Assembly (NCBI GenBank): GCA_013387205.1
Contig: WARV01000008.1
Coordinates: 64,136-128,135 of the forward strand
DNA: 64,000 nucleotides
Source of the DNA: Patescibacteria group bacterium
GTDB lineage: Bacteria; Patescibacteriota; Doudnabacteria; UBA920
Reading direction: 5' to 3'
Position 1 is the stretch's first letter. Each line of letters opens with the position of its first letter. Below are positions 58,501 through 64,000 of the stretch, piece by piece. The notes beneath the pieces were generated by a model. The model worked only from the letters and a program-made list of their open reading frames with translations, ran no database searches and had not been told where the DNA came from. The position numbers and the translations under genes are program-made.

Positions 58501-58560
58501 TTTAAACAAGAACACGATAAGCTGCACGACCATCATTGCGAATTTGAAAACCTAGAATAG
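55531..58560 (+). CDS. UvrD/PcrA-family helicase with a C-terminal PD-(D/E)xK (RecB/Cas4-like) nuclease domain
   Basis: AGAGTGKTTVIT Walker A; DEFQDTN; VENYRSS; C-terminus ILDYKTSEK ... QLYIYQWAA. Confidence 0.75.
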   Translation: MTFVKNSDLLENLNKEQKEAVVHKDGPLLIVAGAGTGKTTVITRKIAHLIEQGQAKPDEILALTFTEKAAGEMQERVDILLPLGYHDLWISTFHSFCQRILEQHGLDIGLPGDFKILTDVQQWVMVHNNLNKFNLDYYRPLGNPKKFISALLKHFSKCKDELITPGEYLNHAESLRLGTDQPSKKKSKNVGADLIRPKIGKVRSSPTTTALIEQPVATEDMDETEIFRLEEVANAYHTYQKMLLDGNFLDFADLINYTLELFKKRPKILEYYQNKFKYILVDEFQDTNYAQYQLVKMLSGNNGNLTVVGDDDQSIYKFRGASVSNILKFQEDYPKLKQITLVENYRSSQEILDLAYNFIQLNNPDRLEVKLKIDKRLKSSNKTDAVIQVLEGKDLSDELNSVAKKILELKENNKDSTWNDFAVLIRSNSAADELLPILSSYNIPHTFVANTGLYKKPLIASLIAYIKLLDNFHDSFSLYRVLCFADFGIKPDEISTMLENSAKKTLSLYEILQVADLDPSLSSETKASIKKFVSFLHKHADLAQSKSATECFVDIVSDLHLQKKLQAQNLENAENRELLEQFYKKIENFTQESADKSIHYFIHLLDLEMEAGDEGQIKFDPNLGPESLKVLTVHAAKGLEFSHVFIINMVDQRFPTRARKDSIEIPTSLVKDILPEGDFHLQEERRLFYVSLTRAKTNLYLSWAKDYGGKTLKKPSQFLVEAKLVPSEKVSAATGKVIFTKPAPQKIVFQQLPNSFSFSKIKAFKNCPLEYKYRYYLKFPTKGNRYLSFGQTIHLTFEQFLKDYLKRLNSKQQDLFGNTPGKIEIGSREFLEQLYHQNWIDEWYQSKSQKEMYRKRGLKMLRTFYDYASQNIPAPKFIEQSFNMKIDKYFFNGKIDRADLLQDGRIMILDYKTSEKVPKKTDKDDLDQLYIYQWAAQEHLNEKVGGLAYWYLDENKFVQEEVAPEEKIAKLKNDLLETIEKIIYTIKYDLFKQEHDKLHDHHCEFENLE

Positions 58561-58717
58561 CTCTCTACTAAATACTAATTCTTCTACTAAATACGAAATA
58601 ATACTAAAGATACTAAATCTAATATCAGTAATGATATCAATTAAGGTGGTTTTAAGGCTTTTAGTATATTTAGTACTTTTAGTATTTAGTAGAAGGTAGA
58701 AGTATGGTATAATAAAT

Positions 58718-59092
58718 ATGTTGAAATCTCCAAAACAACAAGTTGCTTACATAATTATCAGCACGCTCTTGGCGGGTTTTTCACTGGGATCAATAATCAA
58801 TTTTACCGATCCCTTTACTGCCAGCAAGATAACCCACGGTTTCTTTTATCTGAGTTTGTTCATTTTTAGTTTAGGAATTTTCACGACAATCGGCCTGCTA
58901 ATAAGGAAATGGTTTAACCCGGCCCTGTTCGTGATAAATTTAAACAATAGCTTCAGGCAGGCTCTGCTGATTTCACTTTTAATCATCGCATCCTTCTTAT
59001 TACTGGCAAACAAGCTGTTGTTTTGGTGGGTTGAGGCAAGCTTAGCGCTATTTTTGATATTTTTAGAGGCATTCTTAAATCTTAAAGTCTGA
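58718..59092 (+). CDS. Small 4-TM membrane protein, hypothetical
   Basis: 124-aa hydrophobic ORF. Confidence 0.35.
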   Translation: MLKSPKQQVAYIIISTLLAGFSLGSIINFTDPFTASKITHGFFYLSLFIFSLGIFTTIGLLIRKWFNPALFVINLNNSFRQALLISLLIIASFLLLANKLLFWWVEASLALFLIFLEAFLNLKV

Positions 59093-59099
59093 TAACATA

Positions 59100-59185
59100 A
59101 TCCGAATTATCCGAATCTTATCCAAATGACCCGAAAAGGGAACCGTTTGGGGCATTCGGATAGTAATTCGGGGCATTAGGATTAT
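59100..59185. repeat. Palindromic element family R2, full copy, ending 4 nt before the pheS ATG and containing its ribosome-binding site
   Basis: atccgaattatccgaatcttatccaaatgacccgaaaagggaaccgtttggggcattcggatagtaattcggggcattaggattat. Confidence 0.6.
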
Positions 59186-59189
59186 TTTA

Positions 59190-60179
59190 ATGATCAACAT
59201 TGACCAAATCAAGCAATCTTTCGAGCAGGATATAAAAGCTATCACTGATGTTGAGAGTTTGAAAGTTAAGTATCTGGGTAGAAAGCAGGGGCTTTTAACT
59301 TTGGCTTTTAAAGAACTGGTAAATTTAGACCAGGCCCAAAGGCAAAAACTAGGCCCTTTGTTAAATTCTTTGAAAAAGGAAATTGAAAACGCAATATTAA
59401 ATTTGGAAAAACAATCTGCGTCAAGTTCAGAAAAAGCCGATTTAACAGTACCTCCAATTTCTGAAATGACCGGGATGCTGCACCCCTTAAGCAAAACCCA
59501 AAAAGACCTGGAAGATATCTTTCTTTCCTTGGGCTTTACGGTTGAAAACGGCCCTGAAATAGAAAGCGATTATAATAATTTCGTTGCTTTAAACTTTCCA
59601 GATGACCATCCGGCGCGCGACATGCAAGATACTTTTTACATAAAAGGGCCCGAGACCAAAGACCCGCATAAAAAATTGGTAATGCGTACGCATACTTCGC
59701 CCGTGCAAGTCAGGTTCATGAAAACCCACAAACCGCCGTTTGCCATTATTGTTCCCGGAACTGTTTATAGGAACGAGGCTACAGATGTCACCCACGAATA
59801 CACGCTTACCCAACTGGAAGGCTTGGTCGTAGGGGAAGATGTGAATTTCGCGAACATGGTCTGGACGCTGGATTACGTCTTAAAAAAGTATTTCGGGTCT
59901 GATATAAAAACAAAAATTTTGCCGACATATTTCCCGTTCGTAGAACCGGGAGCTGAATTGGCAATGTCCAGCCCGCGTTTTAAGGATGGAAAATGGGTGG
60001 AAATGCTGGGCTGCGGCATGGTCCATCAAAATGTTTTCAAGCACGCCGGCTACCAGACGGGTAAATACCAGGGATTCGCCTTTGGTTTTGGCACCATGAG
60101 ATTCCCTTTAATGAAGCATGGAATTCCTGACATCAGGCTGCTTCATGAAAATAATTTGCAATTTTTAAGCCAATTCTAA
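59190..60179 (+). CDS. pheS: Phenylalanine--tRNA ligase alpha subunit
   Basis: TQLEGLVVGEDVNFANMVWTLDYVLKKYFG and FPFVEPGAEL (class II motifs). Confidence 0.9.
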   Translation: MINIDQIKQSFEQDIKAITDVESLKVKYLGRKQGLLTLAFKELVNLDQAQRQKLGPLLNSLKKEIENAILNLEKQSASSSEKADLTVPPISEMTGMLHPLSKTQKDLEDIFLSLGFTVENGPEIESDYNNFVALNFPDDHPARDMQDTFYIKGPETKDPHKKLVMRTHTSPVQVRFMKTHKPPFAIIVPGTVYRNEATDVTHEYTLTQLEGLVVGEDVNFANMVWTLDYVLKKYFGSDIKTKILPTYFPFVEPGAELAMSSPRFKDGKWVEMLGCGMVHQNVFKHAGYQTGKYQGFAFGFGTMRFPLMKHGIPDIRLLHENNLQFLSQF

Positions 60180-60295
60180 GAGCCGCGGAAAAATCGCGGA
60201 TAGCAACGCCCCAAAGGGGCCGCTTTGTGGCTGATAAAACGCTGAAATAAATCAATATAGTTTTAAATAGTATTAATTTTAAATACGTTCATTCT

Positions 60296-61846
60296 ATGGA
60301 CGAACAAAAACAAGAACAAAAAAATTATCCAGACGAAACCCCTTCGGGAATACCGCTGGAAGCTTTGCGTGCGAAAAGTGAAGGTACAGCACAGGAAAAA
60401 GAAGAATACATGTTTTTCAACGTCATGCCTAAGGTGAAAGTGGAAGAAAAATTGGTTGAACCATCCATAAAAATCAGCGAATCTGACGTTAAAAAAGAAG
60501 CCAAAACCGAAAGTGCTTTTATTTTAGTGGTACAAAAATATAAAAAAATTATTATAATTTCCGTTGCTTCGATAATCCTTGGTTTGGCAGGATATTTCGC
60601 ATATTATAAACTGGTGGTTCAAAAACAGAAAGAAACAGAAGCAATGTTGAATAATCTTGCATTTGTAAATAAAAAGGCCGCAAACATCCCAAATCCTGAA
60701 AACCAAAGCAAAAGCGAAGATGCGGCCGCCAAATCTACCACGCCGAAAGAATGGCAATTAAAATATTTCAATAATGAAGCTTGCCAGGACATGGCCACAT
60801 GCGGAGACAATGCCGATCCTGACCATGACGGACTGGTTAATATAGATGAATTTAAACTTGGAACTGACCCGAATAATCCGGATTCCGACCAGGACGGATT
60901 ATCAGACGGCGATGAAGCGCACGTATTCGGCACTAGTCCGCTTAATTCCCATACCGCTGGCGATCCTAAATATTCAGATGCGGATTTCATTAAAGGCGGG
61001 TATGACATTAACCACCCTGACAAAAAATTTACTGACGATCAAATTAAGGACTTGGGCAATTTGATGACTGAAAAAGGCCTGCATCCGCCGACTTTGGAAA
61101 CCTTGCAAAGCGTGCTTAATTCCGTTTATCATTTTGGAGAGATCCAGCCAGGCGCTACCAGCAGTTTAGACAGTATCAAAACTTCAACCACGTCGCAGCA
61201 GACAAACCTTGACAGCTTTGACCAAAGCGTCGAAGCCAAGCAGGACCGAGACACCCAGAGAAGCCTTGCAATTAAAAACATTGGCATTGCTCTGATAAAA
61301 TATTATGCAGATAATAAATCTTATCCCAAGACCGGAATCTTTTCTGAAATGGTTGATTCTGTTAAATTATACTTTAAAACTGCAGTTAACCCCAAAGACC
61401 CTATTAATATAGACCCGTACGTTTACAGCTACGCGCCAAACCCGGATGCCAGCGATTATCTTTTAAGTTTTTACAGCGAAGTTGCCGGGCAGCTAATTAA
61501 AAAACATGCCAGCGATGCCCTAAAGGATAAATCAGTGGAAGAAGCGGCAATTTTCGACGACCAGAGAAAAGCTGATTTGGAATCCTTGCAAACCGCACTG
61601 CTTCTTTATTCCAACAAAAACGTTGCGGGCGACCAGGCTTACGTATTCCCTACGGTTGAAAAATATAAATCAGCCATAATGCCGGCATACATTACCGCAA
61701 TCCCCAAAGACCCGAAGACGGGCGCAGATTACGAATACAAAGTCTCCGGCACGTTTAGCACCTTTACCTTAAAGGCCATACTTGATAACCCAAAGCCAGG
61801 AACAACGGGATATTTATGCAACCAGGAAGAATGCAGAGAATATTAA
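60296..61846 (+). CDS. Hypothetical membrane-anchored extracytoplasmic protein with thrombospondin-type-3-like Ca-binding repeats and two pseudopilin-like segments
   Basis: DPDHDGLVNIDEFKLGTDPNNPDSDQDGLSDGDE; RDTQRSLAIKNIGIALIKYYADNKSYPKTG; QRKADLESLQTALLLYSNKN. Confidence 0.45.
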   Translation: MDEQKQEQKNYPDETPSGIPLEALRAKSEGTAQEKEEYMFFNVMPKVKVEEKLVEPSIKISESDVKKEAKTESAFILVVQKYKKIIIISVASIILGLAGYFAYYKLVVQKQKETEAMLNNLAFVNKKAANIPNPENQSKSEDAAAKSTTPKEWQLKYFNNEACQDMATCGDNADPDHDGLVNIDEFKLGTDPNNPDSDQDGLSDGDEAHVFGTSPLNSHTAGDPKYSDADFIKGGYDINHPDKKFTDDQIKDLGNLMTEKGLHPPTLETLQSVLNSVYHFGEIQPGATSSLDSIKTSTTSQQTNLDSFDQSVEAKQDRDTQRSLAIKNIGIALIKYYADNKSYPKTGIFSEMVDSVKLYFKTAVNPKDPINIDPYVYSYAPNPDASDYLLSFYSEVAGQLIKKHASDALKDKSVEEAAIFDDQRKADLESLQTALLLYSNKNVAGDQAYVFPTVEKYKSAIMPAYITAIPKDPKTGADYEYKVSGTFSTFTLKAILDNPKPGTTGYLCNQEECREY

Positions 61847-61872
61847 AACCGCAGATACGCTGATTAACGCAG

Positions 61873-62283
61873 ATGACTCAGATGATTACAAATCACAATA
61901 AATATGTATACCTGTACCAAAATTTGACCCAAAAGATAATCCGTGCATTATATAATGTATATAATCGGCTAGGATACGGCTATAGAGAAAAGGAATTCCA
62001 AAAAGCATTTGCGGAAGAACTGATAAAATTTGGTTTGAAATTTTCAAGGGAATTATATTGCCGATTAATGTATGAAGACAAATTAATAGCAAAATTTTAT
62101 ATTGATTTTTTAATATAAAATAAAGTCGTAGTAGAGCTTAAAGTTGCAGAGGAATTCTATCGAAAACACTTCAATCAGATAATGGTTTATTTAAAAACAA
62201 ACAATATTCAACTAGGACTATTGGCAATTTTCATAAAAAGAAAGGTAATAATTAAAAGAATAATCAACCAGAAATCAGCGTAA
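61873..62283 (+). pseudogene. GxxExxY-family (PD-(D/E)xK-like) gene interrupted by an in-frame TAA at 62116-62118
   Basis: ... LGYGYREKEFQKAFAEEL ... AKFYIDFLI-TAA-NKVVVELKVAEEFYRKHFNQIMVYLKTNNIQLGLLAIF in one frame. Confidence 0.55.
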
Positions 62284-62312
62284 TCAGCGATTATCTGCGT
62301 ATCAGCGGTCTT

Positions 62313-64000
62313 ATGAAATTATCGTACAACCTCCTAAAACAATTTGTTAATACCAAACACAGTCCGCAGGAACTTGCGCGGATAGTTACCGAGCATTCTT
62401 TGGAAATGACCGTGCAAGAAAAAGCATCCGGGGATTTTTCGGGGATAATTACTGCAAAAGTTTTGGAAATTAACAAACACCCTAATGCTGACAGGCTTAG
62501 AATTGTTAAAGCGGAAGCTGGCGGTAAAATTTATGACCCCATAGTTTGCGGCGCTTTTAATTTTGGCGTAGGGGACATGGTCGCACTGGCCCTACCCGGA
62601 GCGAAAATCGCGCAAAACATCCACTCTGAAGCGCATGAGCCTTTCGTCCTGCAAAAGGCCAAAATTAGGGGAGTGGAAAGCCAAGGCATGATTTGTGCGG
62701 CCTTTGAGCTTGGTTTGGAAGACAAACCCGGAGAAGGAATAATGCTTTTGGATAAAAATACCAAAACAGGAATAAGCCTAAACAAAGTTTTAACCGCATC
62801 CGAACAGGTTTTTGAAGCATCCCTGCCAGCTAACAGGCCAGACTTGTTTTCCCATTTGGGAATGGCCAGGGAAATAGCCGCTATCTTGAATGCAAAAATC
62901 AAAGAACCGAAACTGAATCTGCCACGGGTAAATCCTTCTAAAACCTGGAAAGTATCTGTCTTAGATAAAACCTTGTGCCCAAAATACATTGGCGCGCGCC
63001 TGTCCGGCATCCAAATTAAAGAATCCCCGAAATTTATCCAGGATACATTAAAAGCTGTCGGTATCAGGCCGCTAAATAACGTAGTTGATATCACAAACTA
63101 TGTAATGATTGAACTTGGCCAGCCTTTGCATGCATTTAACGCCAAAAAAGTAACCGGCAACATAATTGTCAGGAAAGCAAAACCTCAAGAAAAATTTTCA
63201 GGCATAAACCATAAAGATTACGAACTGGACATTAGCATGCTGGTAATTGCCGACGAAGCCAAATCTTTGGCCTTGGCTGGTATTATCGGCGGATTAAACA
63301 GCGAAATTAACGATAATACTTTCGACATAATCCTTGAGGCTGCGAATTTTAACGGCATTAATGTCAGGAAGACATCAAGAAAATTAGGAATCAGGACAGA
63401 CAGCAGCCACTTGTTCGAAAAACAATTGCATCCAAAACAGGCGGATATGGGTATTGCCAGGGCTATTTCTTTGCTGCAAACTTATGCCGGCGCAAAGCTT
63501 GAATCTATAAATATATCAAAGCTACCGGAAAAAACCTCAAAGGCGGTTAAATTCACCACTGAAGGTGTAAACAAACTGCTCGGGTCTAATTTTAAAGCCA
63601 ATGAAATTAAAAAACTTCTTTCAAGGTTCCAAATTAAAGTTAGCGGCAACAAAACCATGTCAGCCACTCCGCCATGGTGGAGGACAGACCTGGAAAACGA
63701 AGCGGATATGGCAGAAGAAGTCTTGAAACTTGCCGGATATAATTCCATTAAGCTGCAACCCTTACAGGTTCCGCCCGTGGTTGCCTTTGAATATAATCAT
63801 TTATTCAACCAATACATCCGGGAAAGCAAAGAGCTTTGGGCCCGCTTGGGATTTGCCGAGGCGCAGAATTATAATTTTGTGTCTGAAAACGATATTATAA
63901 AATTCGGAGCGAACCCCAAAGATTATATCGCCGTGGAAAATCCGTTAAGCAGGGACCAGGCTTTCTTAAAACGGCATTTATTGATCCCTTTGCTAAAAAA
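62313..64000 (+). CDS. pheT: Phenylalanine--tRNA ligase beta subunit (5' partial; continues beyond the window)
   Basis: MKLSYNLLKQFV ... the tRNA-binding domain ITAKVLEI ... HPNADRL ... V, and the B3/4 region. Open frame to the window end; absent from the ORF track because it is open-ended. Confidence 0.85.
   Translation, partial: MKLSYNLLKQFVNTKHSPQELARIVTEHSLEMTVQEKASGDFSGIITAKVLEINKHPNADRLRIVKAEAGGKIYDPIVCGAFNFGVGDMVALALPGAKIAQNIHSEAHEPFVLQKAKIRGVESQGMICAAFELGLEDKPGEGIMLLDKNTKTGISLNKVLTASEQVFEASLPANRPDLFSHLGMAREIAAILNAKIKEPKLNLPRVNPSKTWKVSVLDKTLCPKYIGARLSGIQIKESPKFIQDTLKAVGIRPLNNVVDITNYVMIELGQPLHAFNAKKVTGNIIVRKAKPQEKFSGINHKDYELDISMLVIADEAKSLALAGIIGGLNSEINDNTFDIILEAANFNGINVRKTSRKLGIRTDSSHLFEKQLHPKQADMGIARAISLLQTYAGAKLESINISKLPEKTSKAVKFTTEGVNKLLGSNFKANEIKKLLSRFQIKVSGNKTMSATPPWWRTDLENEADMAEEVLKLAGYNSIKLQPLQVPPVVAFEYNHLFNQYIRESKELWARLGFAEAQNYNFVSENDIIKFGANPKDYIAVENPLSRDQAFLKRHLLIPLLK

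Noticed and set aside
62116-62118. Possible stop-codon reassignment (TAA read as sense) as in some CPR lineages
   Set aside because: TAA, TAG and TGA all terminate well-conserved genes in this window (for example atpA, murD, lepA). Alternative code 25 (Gracilibacteria/SR1) affects UGA only, so a nonsense mutation is more likely.

Overview
This is a low-GC window of roughly 36-38% GC. It is densely coded on the + strand and has short AT-rich palindromic intergenic regions, which fits a reduced genome of Patescibacteria/CPR type (an inference). The recognisable core genes are a polyamine module (homospermidine-synthase-like, SMR transporter, ornithine-decarboxylase-like); pepN, tsaC/sua5, secD-secF, trxA; a cell-wall cluster (dacA-like, mraY, murD, ftsW, a DUF4012 protein, murJ); lepA and alr; a full F-type ATP synthase operon (atpZ?-B-E-F-H-A-G-D-C); and pheS ... 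pheT. There are four tRNAs: Thr-CGU on the + strand, and Asp-GUC, Met/Ile-CAU and an initiator-like fMet-CAU on the - strand. The non-core content is as follows. (1) A higher-GC island of about 4-5 kb carries a large serine recombinase whose 3' end overlaps tRNA-Asp; this is a putative integrated element. (2) A nuclease/toxin cluster contains an NYN protein, a DUF559 endonuclease bracketed by hairpin inverted repeats, a PIN protein, a frameshifted MazF/PemK gene and a UvrD-family helicase with a C-terminal PD-(D/E)xK nuclease. (3) A split type-IV-coupling-protein-like pair (membrane protein plus VirD4/TraG-like ATPase) sits downstream of a sigma-70 region-4 protein. (4) Several families of palindromic, MITE-like intergenic repeats lie exactly in intercistronic spacers, and two of them carry the ribosome-binding site of the downstream gene. 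There are also two nonsense- or frameshift-interrupted genes, heptamer tandem repeats inside murD, and a duplicated lepA 5' end. No rRNA genes or CRISPR arrays were seen. All protein calls come from motif recognition by eye; no searches were run.
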